DNA from: Takakia lepidozioides
Taxonomy: Eukaryota; Plantae; Bryophyta
DNA: 64,000 nucleotides
Assembly (NCBI GenBank): GCA_030704615.1
Contig: CM060732.1
Location: forward strand, 3,596,001 to 3,660,000
Reading direction: 5' to 3'
Shown: one piece after another, positions 1 to 12,462 of the stretch
Layout of the letters: every line of letters starts with the position of its first letter
Numbering within the stretch: position 1 is the first letter of the stretch
Position numbers and translations under genes: made by a program
Notes under the pieces: model-generated
The model's input: only the letters and a program-made list of their open reading frames with translations
Database searches by the model: none
What the model was told of the DNA's origin: nothing

Positions 1-2203
1 GCTGAAGGAACTCAGGACCAAGTCCAGGATCTACTATTCTAAGTTGTTTTCCGAAGGCTGACATCAATTTGGTTCTTCGCATTTCAAACTCCTTCTTTAT
101 TGCAGCTTCCACACCCTTTGATGTCCTTAGTTCTTCTGGTGTAGTGCGGTAATATTTGGATTTTCCCTTCTCAGCTGCCTCTGCCAGTTCTTGCTGCATT
201 CATTCAAGTAGTGATTAGCTCCGAAGAGACTACAAACATGTATTCGAAAAGTAAACAGAGTACAGACTCGGGCTTACCGCATACATGTACTCCAGAAACG
301 CCTCTCGTGTCAAAGAATACCAAGTGCCTGCAGCTCTTCCTGTTTCGCACTTCTTGATGATATTGGGTGGTAGTACTGTCCGAAAATCATCCAGCTTCAT
401 CAGACCAATCCTCTGAATTCGGAATAGTGTGTGAACCAAGCTTGTTGTCACATGCGATTTCTCTGTCGATCTGCAAAAATATTGGAAACATTGCATTCCT
501 TAACACTGTTTTTTGAGAATTAATAAGACACTACAGAGGGAATGAAATCTCCTGGATGACTTACTTGTTCACGTCGTGCATAGCTGTAAGAAGCCTAGCG
601 ATGTCGTTTCCAGGATCCAAAACCATTGCCTCCACAGCAACATGCTTGTCTTTGTCTTTCGAATGGTGTTTCTGAATGTATCCCATCCATGCCAGCAATC
701 GGTGGTTGCCGTCCCAGACGTAGAACATGTGGTTGCAGAATTGCTGGGTGTTCTTTCCCATCATGAGGCCCAGCTCGAACTCCTCATTGGCATCTTTCCA
801 GCACTCATCCCAGTTATCACTGATCTCTGGAGACACTAATGTGCTTTTCCCATTTATATCCGTCAGTGACACATAAAAAACTTGTGCACCAAGTCTATAT
901 CCATGCACAAAATCACTCTCCAATTTTGTTATGTCATGGGAAAGAGGTGGACGCACAACAGGCATTGATATCATCCGGCACAGAGGTATGTCCAGACGCC
1001 CTCCAGATACGAGCATGTCCCTTATAACCTCCTGAGAGTTTACCTTCTGGAATGACATGAGTTCTTTCACCTTGTCAAGGTAGTGCACTTCGGATTCATC
1101 TGCTTCATCTGTATTCTCTGAGCTTTTTGCGGACTCGTCCCCATCTCCAGATCCTTTCCCCTCTGATCCTGTAGGCTTCGACCTCACAGTTTTCTGCACG
1201 ATGCCATTCAGTTCTGACTGAGTGATTTGCAAATAGTGAATGGCGGTAACGACCATCACTCTTTCTCAAAGAAACTCACCATGAATGGTGTGAAAGAATT
1301 CAGCACAATCTACACAAGCAAAGCTGATACTGCCGTATTCAAAACAAAAGCGAGAGCGATAGCGAACGGCGTTAACGACAATCACAACAGATAACGACCT
1401 ACCGGATCGGTGTTGTGTAATGACATCTATGTGTAACTGATTGGCGGCAACGACATTCAGTGTAGTTTAGGGCGGATAGTAAGTGCAGACTCTCTCTTCA
1501 AACACATAGGTACATAAATCTCATGAGGAGAATCGAATGGCGTTAACGACGCTCGCAATTCAGTAGTTCCTGCTAAAGAAGGGAAGAGGAAGGACTCCTT
1601 GAAAGGCAATCAGACTGACTGTATGATCTGAACACCAGTGAATGACTGTACCAATAGTCACCAACTCATTGTGCTGTAAACCCTTCGCAGAGGAGTAGAA
1701 AGCAAATCACCTTTGTGATTGTCGGTAGCGACAATCCCTGTCTGGGACATTCCACTCAATCTCTATGCATATCTTCAACAATGAAATGTAAGTTAGATAA
1801 AACTTACTGGCACCTTCTTAGGTTTTGAAATTTGATCCCCTTCTGCAGCTTTCCTCTTCCCTCTCACATCTGCTGGAATTTCTGTCTGCGCTAGGGTTTC
1901 TTGACCTTCTCCCGGTTCGGCGTTCCGCGTGCTTCCACCTTCTTCAGTGTCCCTGTGAATCATCTCTGCCTCCACAGGCTAGCGCACTCTTATCGCCGAC
2001 TGTGTCACAGCCGCTGCCTCAGTCGCCGTCTGCTCTTGTGAATCAGTCTCCGCGTTCACCTGCTGCCTTGGCCCTGTGTTCTCCAACAAATGACGCCTCG
2101 TCATTTTCTCTCTTGCTCTGCGTCTCTCTCTAAGAGAAGTAAAATAAAGAGACTTTATTCTCTTTCGTATTCTAGAAGGAACCCTCTCCAGCTTGACTAC
2201 CAC
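1..2203 (-). CDS. Multi-exon gene with ParB/sulfiredoxin-like domain, TE-associated; 3' end runs off the window
   Basis: ORF 561-1259 contains FYVWDGNHRLLAW (ParB/Srx GxHR-type motif). GT-AG introns 564-471 and 277-194 join exons in frame (HDVNK|STEKSHV...YMYA|QELAEAAEK...), and the frame stays open to base 1. An acidic/basic 5' exon lies at about 1810-2200. Confidence 0.7.
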
Positions 2204-3087
2204 TCTCCCTCTAAGCGCGAAAAGCAGAAAAACGCAGTGACTCCCGATTTCTTGCGGGATTGCCTGCGTTCTTGCGTGTCTCTAGAAGCATCAGATTCCC
2301 TCCCGCGTGACCGTTACACATAGTCGTTCCCTTATTAGTGCACATGCCAGCAATTGGTGTACAGCTGTTCGTATTCAGTTATGGATGTCTGACGTGTGTC
2401 GCCCAAAAAAAATGGCGTGTTCTTTATTAGAACGGTTTCAATATTTAAAAATAACAGCGAATCCAAGAAATCTTGGCGCACAGTCTTAGACAAATATATG
2501 TAAATGAACGAGAGTTTGATGACAAATTTTGGGATATTATACACGGTCATCCTTGTTAGCCAACCCCACGTTCGTTTCACATTTTGAACTTTCCAGGTGC
2601 ACATGAACATTGGTAGTAGTATAAAGATACATTTACTTAATGTGCAATCCCATTCTCAGATCACTACGGACCGAGGTATCGTGATTACCCTCCATCTTGT
2701 TATGCTTTGATGACATGATAGGCTTAGTAGTAGTATATACTTGATAGTGTGCAGGGCAAGTTCATAGTTTATTGCTGAGCAATGCACTAACCCTCTCCCC
2801 GGCTTCATCTCGAACTTCCACAATCCGTGCTTTTTGTGGTGTTCTTTCCCCTCCTCCAGTCTCTACCATATGGGTAATTTGGTGGGCTGCTCCCACCCGC
2901 CAGGCAGTAACCGGTGTGTTACTGCCTATTTGTGGTGTCTTGGAGGGATCCACCGTCTCTGTGCGTCCCTCGCTTACATGGGCATCTGTCATTTCGACAA
3001 CCCTGGCCTCTTCAGTGGCCTTTTCTCTTGCCTCCTGGCTAGCCTTATGTCTCGCCTGTTCTTTTGCCCTCTCTTTTGCCCTCTCAC

Positions 3088-4865
3088 CAATGGAAAATAG
3101 GGAGCGCACGTGCCTCTTCCATTGGAGTCAATCTCTGGCACGTCATACAAAGCGTTGCATTTGACCTGACATTCAGTTGGAGCACAGAAGGCTCTGCCTC
3201 AAGTACAAAAATGCCACCTCAATGGGAGAAGCTGAGAGCACTTACCAAGCAATCCGAGCTTGGTGGTTCTCCTCTGGTGCTGCTACTGGGATCCAGCTGA
3301 AGGAGTTGGAGGACTGGTTGGTTTTCTGGCACTTCAGGTACAGACAGTGGGGAGCTGTCATGATGACGGTAAGCCTCTTCAATCCCAGAAACACAAATTT
3401 CACTTTGCATCGTGCTTGTTCCTCTGGGGTTGTTGGATTGTCACTTGCAGAACCTCTGCCATTTCCTTTCGTTCCTCACATTTGCGTGCATTGCCTCCTG
3501 CAGGACATGTCCTTGGAGGACTTGGCTGACATGCCTTCGTGTAATTTGGCGGAGACTGTTCACAATGCCTGGATGCAGCAGTCTACCAAAGCAGGACGTG
3601 ACTTGTATATTGCCACTGCAGATGACATGGTGCGGGCACTTACACAACAAACCAGATACCACAATTTTCTGATGGGACGGGGCGGAGGCAAGGGCCCTGA
3701 TACGACTTTGTTGATGCTAAGGGCTGCGAGCAGGTCCAAAGACCCATCGAAGATGGCGAGAGCTCTGAACAGGTGCACTGAAGGCTCCCCTTTGCAATCC
3801 AGGGTCCCCCATTTGGAAGGCGAGGAAACATTTGGATCATGCAAAAGGAAATTGAACACTCCTCCAGGGTCGGATGGAGATTCCCATCGCCCGGACAGGG
3901 TCAATTTCTCTGTACCAAAGGTGTCTCCGGTGCAGACTAAGTCATGTGCCCGCCCCTTCCCAGGTGCAAATCATGCAAGCACAGCAGCAGGAATCCCATT
4001 GGAGGAGGTGGTGTCCTTGGTGCATGAATCTGATTGCATTGATAGTGAGTGGCATATAGAACGCACCCCACTAGGATCTAACGTGGCTTGCATGGCAATT
4101 CAGACCCCCTCTTTCAAGAAATGCAAATAAAAAATATGCAAAGGCTCCAGGGGGACTCCAGCTCCAACATTCACAGGGTTGTTCTGACCTTATCATAGTG
4201 GGGAGTCAAAGGACTGGAAGTTCTGGTTCTACCCAGACGATATGGCACGATGCGTCAAGGGAACAGTTCGTCCTTCGGTGATAATGAAGCCCCCTCCGCC
4301 CACAATTTGGCCTGTGAAACTTGGGAGTCGCTGTCATCAGCCGAGATAAACATGTTGGAGGAGGGAGGGTTCCGTCTTGCACGGTCCCGGGTGGTGCCCT
4401 CATGCACTCTGGGCACTGATGTGCCACATGCTCCGTCAATGCCTCCACCCGGTGCCGACTCCCACCCAACAAAAAGATGGAAAAACAGCTGTGTCACTTC
4501 GGGTGCAGATCACGATTGCAAGATGGAATCGGCTAGAATTTTGCAGGCTCGGGTGACTCGTATCACCGAAGTCCCGGCCCCGAGGTATGGACGGATATAC
4601 ACAGTGTTGTCTACTAGCTCAGTTCATCATGACAAAGAATATCAGGTTACCGTGGGGAATTTCCCTGCGTGCACTTGTCCGGATTTTGTAACGATGCGTG
4701 AGGGCGCTCTCGGCATGTGAGGGAAGTGGGTCCCCTGCAAGCATCAATATTACATATACCTTATAATTATGTGCTACGACGGTAAGAGAGACCAATTCAT
4801 TCACCAAGCCACACTAGGCTACGGAGAAGTCATCACTCTTCTGCAGCGGGACACCTGGCGTGTGG
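3088..4865 (+). pseudogene. Mutator-type transposase, C-terminal half with SWIM finger (copy 1, 5'-truncated)
   Basis: RERTCLFHW (CxxH), CNLAETVHN (catalytic E), SWIM CTCPDF...PCKH. Intron 3369-3503; internal stops at about 4130 and 4720. Homologous to 27129-28900. Confidence 0.85.
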
Positions 4866-5411
4866 GCTCCGCCAGATTCTCTTTGAACACAAACAAGCCA
4901 TGCCCACTTCCCGTGCTGGTTTCCAGCTTATCGTGTGAAGTCTTTGCATGTAGGACAAACACATACATTTCGTTCACGGAACCAGGGCAATTGCACATGC
5001 CATTCATTGTAGGCGTCTTTTTGTGAATTGAAATAAAGTGTGACAATCATTCTGAGCTCAAATCTGCCATATGTTCATATTCCTCTTTTTGTGCAGACAT
5101 TGCAGACATGGTGCATGGTGGCCCCTTTGTTTTGTCCACGATAATAGGCCCTCTTCCTGCAATCCTCGCCTATAGGGTCTGCTTCTCCAGCACATTTGTG
5201 CCGCTCACGCTTCCCTGAAGTGTGAGCTCAGCTCCCAGGCTCACGGGGCTGGGCTCACGCCGTAGCTACGTTGCGCACATACATGTAATTACTGAATGAC
5301 ATATTTGATGCATGCACACATTGAAGGTTGTTGTTTGCATTTCGCCTATAATAAGTTGTATGGTTGCAAGGACATTATAATATATGCCCGTATGTTCATT
5401 TGTTCATATCA

Positions 5412-8400
5412 GGACTTTGTCCCTCCCTTCCCGGTCATTTCTCTTGGCACCCAATCCGTAAACAACCCAAGTACATCAGGTGGGAGCCGTGGGTGAGACG
5501 CCCACCCCACGGTACCAAACGATGATGACGATGACGATGACAGTGACAGTGACAGTGACAACAACAATGAGGATGGATTTAACCAGGATGTGCAAGCCAT
5601 GGAGGATCACTTAATGCATCATGTGGGCACTGATGCATCCCATGGAGAGGAAACCCGGCCAATCGATGATCCTGAAATGGCCCCCTCAAATGACATGGAG
5701 AGGGAGGCGAGAACTCCCTTGTACGAAGGGGCGAAAGTGAGTCGACTTTCAACAATCTTACTTTTGCTCAATCTTCAAATTCGATTTGGCATAAGTAATG
5801 TTGGGATGTGTGCCATAATGCGAACTATTGCGGACTATACCTTTGCTCCACACTTGAAACCCACGATGTCATGGTCGCGGAAAGAGACGCGCGAAGTCTT
5901 GGACTCTAGTGTGGGGATGGGGTATAAGATTTTTCATGCATGTCCATGTGATGAAACCCTATACTACGGAGATGATTCGCGTCTCACCAAGTGTCCAAAG
6001 TGCAAGAAAGACCGATATCGGGATGATGTCCAAGGGAAAAAATTACCATGCAAGGTATAAGTGCCATTCCCCCTCACATGGAAATTATTTTCTTTAATCT
6101 TCTCAACGCATGTAAAGTGTATTCTACAAAGTTTAAGGTTTAGAGAGTAGTACTCATGCAAGATCTGATTGTGGCTTTGGAAGGAGTGAGTAATATAAGC
6201 GACGTTCGGTTTTGACATTCTTTTCCTAATGAGGGAGAGGGTGCATAAAGGGGAAGACATGAGGGTGTTGTATTATGTGTGCTAATGGGATGATTACATA
6301 TGGGGGACGTGGGGTATTTCATCCTAGAAAATGCATTACTTTATGATGATCCCGCGATTGAAGGCACACTATCGAAGCCCCTCATTGGCAACACTGATGA
6401 GATGGCATGCCTCGCATCGGAGCCCCCAGGAAAGGTGTGCGGGCCACAAAATTCACAAGAATGGAGGCATACTGAAGAGATGTGGCCTTTTCTCTTGGAA
6501 GACCCACGACATGTCCGCCTCGGCTTCTCCTCGGATGGGGTCAACCCATACTTTGTCCAGTCATGTAGTCATTCCACTTGGCCGGTGACCATGGTGAATT
6601 ACAACATCCCTCCGTACCTGTCATTAAAAAAATGCCATATCATGTTGGCTGCCATTGTACCAGGTGAGTGTTCCCATTTCATTCTTATTATTCCCTTGAA
6701 CTTTACATTAATCTTCTGATCTCTGGCGCAATTCGGATGCAAAATTGATGAGTGACATAATCATGGAGTAAGATGTGTAATTCATTATGTAGTATAATTT
6801 GCATAATGGTGGAGCATTGAAACAATGATGTGAATGTCTCACAGGGAAAAAACAAGTGGCAAACATGGACACGTACTTGCGACCTCTAGTTGATGAACTT
6901 AATGAGCTATGGAGGGGGGTCCCGGCATTGGATGCTTCACTTGACCCGAGGCTGGAGAATCTTTTCAGATGAGAGGCATCTTGCTTTGGACAATGCATGA
7001 TTATCCATGGTACATTGAACATACTGGCCAAGTCTCAAAGCGAACCAAAATCATTTCGATGGCCAACCAGCCGTTGAGCCATCGAATGAATTTCGATTGA
7101 TCTCATATTAGTCCGGGACTTGTGAGAGGATGTCTCAAACGCACCCCATGAAGAACCCGCATACATTCACTTGTCAAGGCCGGATAATATCGATGAGGAT
7201 TGGGATTGATTAAAGTAGCGGCGACAGTCTTGTGCACCGTAGTGGGGTAGATGGCATTATGGGCCATGCACATGACAATTTTTTGTCTTTTCTAATGTGG
7301 TGGGATGTGTACATGACTAACTATTTGCTCGGGGCTAAGCACCAAAAGGTACCATGTATGCTTGCATTGTGGCAATGATCTTGATGCACATAGCTCCCGC
7401 CATCTTCACAAGATGGTGTATCCCAACTACCGCAAGTTTCTTCTTATGAGCCATCGATGGAGAAGAAGAGATAAACACTTGTTTAATGGCAAAAAGGAAG
7501 TACGTCCCTCCCCTGTGACACCATCCGGGCAGTTTTGGGAGGACCGATGGAAGGAGGACCATGCGGGCACGGTCGGTGAAGTGGACGTGCCCGACATGAA
7601 GCGACTTTCAATCTTCTACGAGTTGCCATATTGGGCGGTACATATTCCACAAAAACACCATCAATATCCTTATGCATGCATGTGATATTGCACATTTTGT
7701 ATGAGTTACATTGTCACTTTCACGTCAAAATATTTGTGTAAGTATTTGTGGGTGGGGGTATATGTAGGACCTTAAGATTCGCCATCTTCTAGATCCCATG
7801 GATATCGAGAAGAATGTCTGCTCGTCCCTTTTTCGGGTTCTTCATGGCATGCCGGCAAAAAAAGGAGTGGCTGCAAAAGGAGATTCTCTCGGTGTTGTAA
7901 AGGAGCTTGAGGAGCAGGGTCGCATGCGCCATCTATGGGCCGAACAAAATGGTGTGGACCCAAAGGGTGTTATACGGTGGAAGTATAGGCGCGCACCTTG
8001 GCAATGAACAAAGGAGGAATACAACAAAGTGAAGAGCCACCATAGGTGCTATCTGGACACCAACCAGGTATGGATCATCCCTCCGTATAAGATTCAGCGA
8101 AGACATTGTCTATGGTTTGAAGTCTCACGACTACCATAATATATTGCAAGACATCTTGCCCATTGCAGTACGTGAGGACATTGACTCCCGAGGTTCGTGA
8201 GACAATCTATAGATTGGGAGGCTTGTTCCGGTGGATTTGCTCCAAAGAGTTGGAGGAAGCGGATTTTCCACGCATGAAAAAAGAGGCGGCGGAGGTAATG
8301 TGTATGTTGGAGATGAACTTTCTTCCCTCATTCTTTGACATCCAAGTGCACTTGGTAGTGCACTTAGTAGTGCACTTAGTGGAAGAGGCTTCGATTGCCG

Positions 8401-9742
8401 GCCCTGTTCATTCTAAGTGGATGTACTTCCTTGAGCGTTATATGAAGACTTTGAAAGCATTTGTAAGACAAATGGCGCACTTGGAGGGTAGCATGGCGGA
8501 GAGGTATACGTTGCAAGAAGCTGTGTTCTATTGCATGGAGTACATGGAAAGGGTGGATGAGGAAGCCTCTCGGATGTGGAAGGAAGATGAGGATGCACTA
8601 ACCAATGACATCGTTTTGCCCAAAAAATCGAAGAGGGTAAAATTGCCGACCTTGGTGATTGAGCAAGCGCATGACTTCATACTGAAGAACACCCCATCCA
8701 TACATGAGTGGGAGGCAAGATACAATAACCTTGTTCAGCAACGAGAGGAGGAGACCCTTGCATGGAGGCGGAACCATCCAAGGCCGGTTACTAGACGCCC
8801 TCGACGAGGAGCGGGCTGCCGGAATGTTTCTTCACAAAATTTGCCCATGGAATTGCAGCCTCTAAGTTCATTCCAACAGTGGCTTCGGACTTCAGTTTAT
8901 GACGCCGTTGCTCAAGGTGAGGTGGTTTCAGATATGGTGCAAGACATTGCAAGGGGCCCTCTCAATTCACGACCTCGTACACGACGGTTTGGGTTCACGG
9001 TCGTCATTTCCGCATTCGTGCTCTTGACATGAAGCACAAAACAACGTTTGATTCTGGCTTGTGTGCCAAATATTGGCAAGACTCCGTGTGGGGCAAGGGG
9101 GATACACGACCTGCTATGAGCAAACTTGAGTACATTGGAGAGCTTGAGAGCATACTCCAACTTCAGTATACAAGGTACCGGCCTCTTCTCTTCAGGGGAA
9201 GGTGGTTCAAGCCACATCTTGTGGGGCCCTCCACAACACTAGTGCTAGATGATTGTGGTTTCATGCGTGTCAATGCAGATAGGCTCAACCCTACTCATTG
9301 TCCCTCTGATGAGCTTTTTTCACGGCCTTCAGATGCATGGAGCAAGTTTTCTTCTCCGATCGTGACAAAACAAGAGGGGGAAATTGGAAGGTGGTTGTGC
9401 ATGCTCAACCAAGAGGAAGACGTATCTATCATGGTCTCGGATTGCCATGGGGTGAGGCAATTGCGGTGGAGGGAGAGACTGGTCATAATGATGCTGATGA
9501 TGGAGGTTGGGTAGAGGGGGTAGAAGAGGATGATGATGCCCCGGACCCTATATGATGAAGCTCCAGAAGATACGGATGTTGGAGAAGGAGATGAAGACAC
9601 GGCCATTGAAAACGAGGTGGAGGATGATTTGGAGGTGTCTTTTGAGGGCCGAACCATTTATAACGATGACTCCGATGACCAAGAAGACTTGCAGCTTGAT
9701 GAGGATGAAGAAGCTCTGGATGATGATGTTCAAGTTGATTAG
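5412..9742 (+). pseudogene. CACTA/EnSpm Tnp2 transposase (Transposase_21, DUF4218- and DUF4216-like regions), copy A
   Basis: FHACPC..CPKC, VRLGFSSDGVNPY, HSTWPV..YNIPP, MDIEKNV, GLKSHDYH, FFDIQVHLVVHL, GPVHSKWMYFLERYMKTLK, YIGELESILQLQY. Contains introns, frameshifts and stops. Confidence 0.92.
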
Positions 9743-10224
9743 ACACGTAATCAAAGCTACATAATAATTCTTGCACCGAACTATACCCATCCCTTCGATT
9801 GATTGTACATGTACATGCATATTGTAATTTATTTCTATGATTGTTCAATGATTGTGGCTGGTAGTCTTTTAAGAAAGAAGGCAGAGGCAATGAATATGTT
9901 GGAGCAACGCATACAAATGTGGTGTCAAGAGAATTATCAAAATGAATGTCACAATCTGCAAGAAGGTCCACAACAAGAAGCTACACTACACACACTCTCA
10001 GACCATGGTACATTACTACAACAACAAGAAGTTGTAGTGCACACACCCTCAGACCATGGTACATTGCAACAACACCAAGAGGAGCTTGTTACAATGAAAG
10101 TTGACATTTCTTTTGAAGAAGAGAATAGACGACAAAGTTTGTTGCAAGTCTTACTTCTTCCTTAAGACGGTTTTTCAAAGTTCGATGGCCTAGCGCCCCC
10201 ACCGGGAGAGAGGGAGAGAGGGGA

Positions 10225-10635
10225 GAGAGATATGGTTTGTCTTGTCAAAATAGTAAATGACAATATAGCTTGATCATTTTGGACAGATCAAGACCACTAG
10301 TTACTAGATCCTTTCAAACTTCAAAAAGATTGTCAGTTCAAAGCACACACCACTTCTGGGTGGGGATTATGTCATTCGAGATAAAACTCACCGAGGTTCT
10401 CTAGAAGTTATCGGATGTATCTAGATGTCAACGTTGTCTCCCGATAATGGATGCCTGCTACGACTTAGGTGATTATGTCAAACAACTCCCACAAAAACAA
10501 CAACGTGCAACTGGAGCAAGTGATGCAAATTGGCACCAAGACTCTGCGCTATGTAAATCACATGGAGGTGGAAATGTTAATAGGGTATCCAGAAAATTAC
10601 ACCCATTACATGTCCATCGCGGTCTCGATGAAGGT
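10225..10635 (+). pseudogene. C5-cytosine methyltransferase C-terminal fragment, DNMT3-like
   Basis: IMSNNSHK...VMQIGTKTLRYVNHMEVEMLIGYPENYT resembles motif IX (E.ERxxGFPxxYT) and the preceding DNMT3 segment. Truncated at the junction with the transposase fragment. Confidence 0.55.
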
Positions 10636-10639
10636 CACA

Positions 10640-11461
10640 TTGTTTGGTTTAGAGCTGTTTCTCAGGTGAGGGCAAGAAGTATTTACGCACTTGCAATGTC
10701 CAACGCAAACTGACCTTCGAAATTTCAATCCAATGTCATTGTGGATGTTCGATGTTTTTGTCTTGCACCAAGGGTGTCCGTCATGTTTCTTGTCCATGCC
10801 CTGCAGAAGCCCAGCAAGTCCACTGGAAGACGTGGGAGGGTTGAGCTCAAACAAAATGTCCCCATCAAACTCTGCTGGCACATATTGAACCCGCTACACC
10901 CGAAGGGACTCCCAATCAACAAAACGCAGCTTGCTCTTGCACCCAGGCACCCCTGTGAGGGCTTTCAATTTCGGAATGACACTCGTTATCTCCTGCAATT
11001 CGTCATCATCCAAGAATGGAGTCTGGACTGGCGGAGGAATCTCAGAAACATCCTCCGAAGACGAGTATGAAAGAGTCACGAATGTAGTGGATGTGCTCAC
11101 CTCTTATTTCACATGAATTGTGCCCTTCTGCTGCACGACCGATGTTGCAGTGCCAGGGGTAACTACTGATCATGCTGATTGTCTTCTCTCTTTTCCAAGG
11201 ACCCGGTATTTGTCTGGGAGGACTCTCCACTTCCTCCCACACTCGCCAACCAATGGTTTCTGCAAGTGCCCAAAATCCAAATTCCCATCCTCGTCATACA
11301 CCTCTTTCTAAACAAGCAGAGAACCCAATTCCAGAGGGAATACTGTAACCAGCTCATCCTCATGAACAACTGCAAACCCATCCTCATCTGCAGTGGCAGT
11401 CAGTGGAAGACTACCTGCATTGGAATGAAATCGAGCGAGTCTGTCTCCCTCCCTGGTCATG
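10640..11461 (-). pseudogene. Mutator-type transposase, N-terminal GCM-like portion (copy 2, 3'-truncated, stops)
   Basis: MDKKHDGHPWCKTKTSNI...RRSVCVGHCKCVNTSC; collinear with ORF 29630-30625, with 4 in-frame stops. Confidence 0.85.
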
Positions 11462-12462
11462 TTTTCTTAGGCTGAACCAAAGTTGCGATCCACAAAGTGT
11501 CCCCCGAACTGATAGCCCGTAATTTTCGAGAGGGGATCCACCTCAAACGAACTGAGGTGAATAAGGGTAGCACAGTCCCAATGACTGCGGGCGATGTATG
11601 CAATGGATTTTGGGGTTAACAATTTTCTGAAAGGATGACATGCACGGCGAAAGTATGCACCGAACTCCGCAGTCAGCCACACTGAGAGACACCAACTGGA
11701 AAAACTGTCTTCAAAGACAAGATGCCACAAGAAGCCGTATTGTGTTTGGATGAAAAGCAAACCCTGCACAGGATATGAAGCCATCCATTATGGAAAGACG
11801 ACAACGACCCCAAGAGTCCAATAAACAGGAAACCCCGAATCAAATTAGTTTGTGTTGTGCCAGAAGAGCACAGCACAAACATTGACACTCAGGGAGACAC
11901 TTCGCACGAAGGTGCGCGCGCAACACATTACGATTGCCCACACCAAGCTTTATACCGAAAACACTGCATTGCGCCGGCGACAGCGAAATGTAAATCGCAG
12001 AATAGGCAGTACAACATACGTGGATGCATAAGTGAAGCATCACAATTATTGCCAATGTGCAAGTACTGCTCGAAATTCGACTTGCGACAGTTTTTTACGG
12101 CACTACTCAATGTCTATGAATGCAAAAAACCTTTCGTATACTGGCAGCCGGCGAAATACATCTGACATATCCCACAAGTAGACGGAACGACAATTGAAGT
12201 GCCACCACTTAGTTTTCTGGGTGATTGAGAGGCAGAGAAATGGATGAATTCCGTTCGCACATAATGATGACACCTGCATCCAAATACGGTTAACAATGTC
12301 TAAATTGTATTTTTGATACATGCCAAAGCAACCGTTGTTGCAAACGTCAAACTGGAGACCTCTAGAGGCAGCGTGGGGAGTGTTTGTTTCCACTGGAGGA
12401 AGAAGAGAAGGAAGTCGTTGTACTTTACCAGCACTAGGGACAAGAAGAGAGCCAGAGATATA

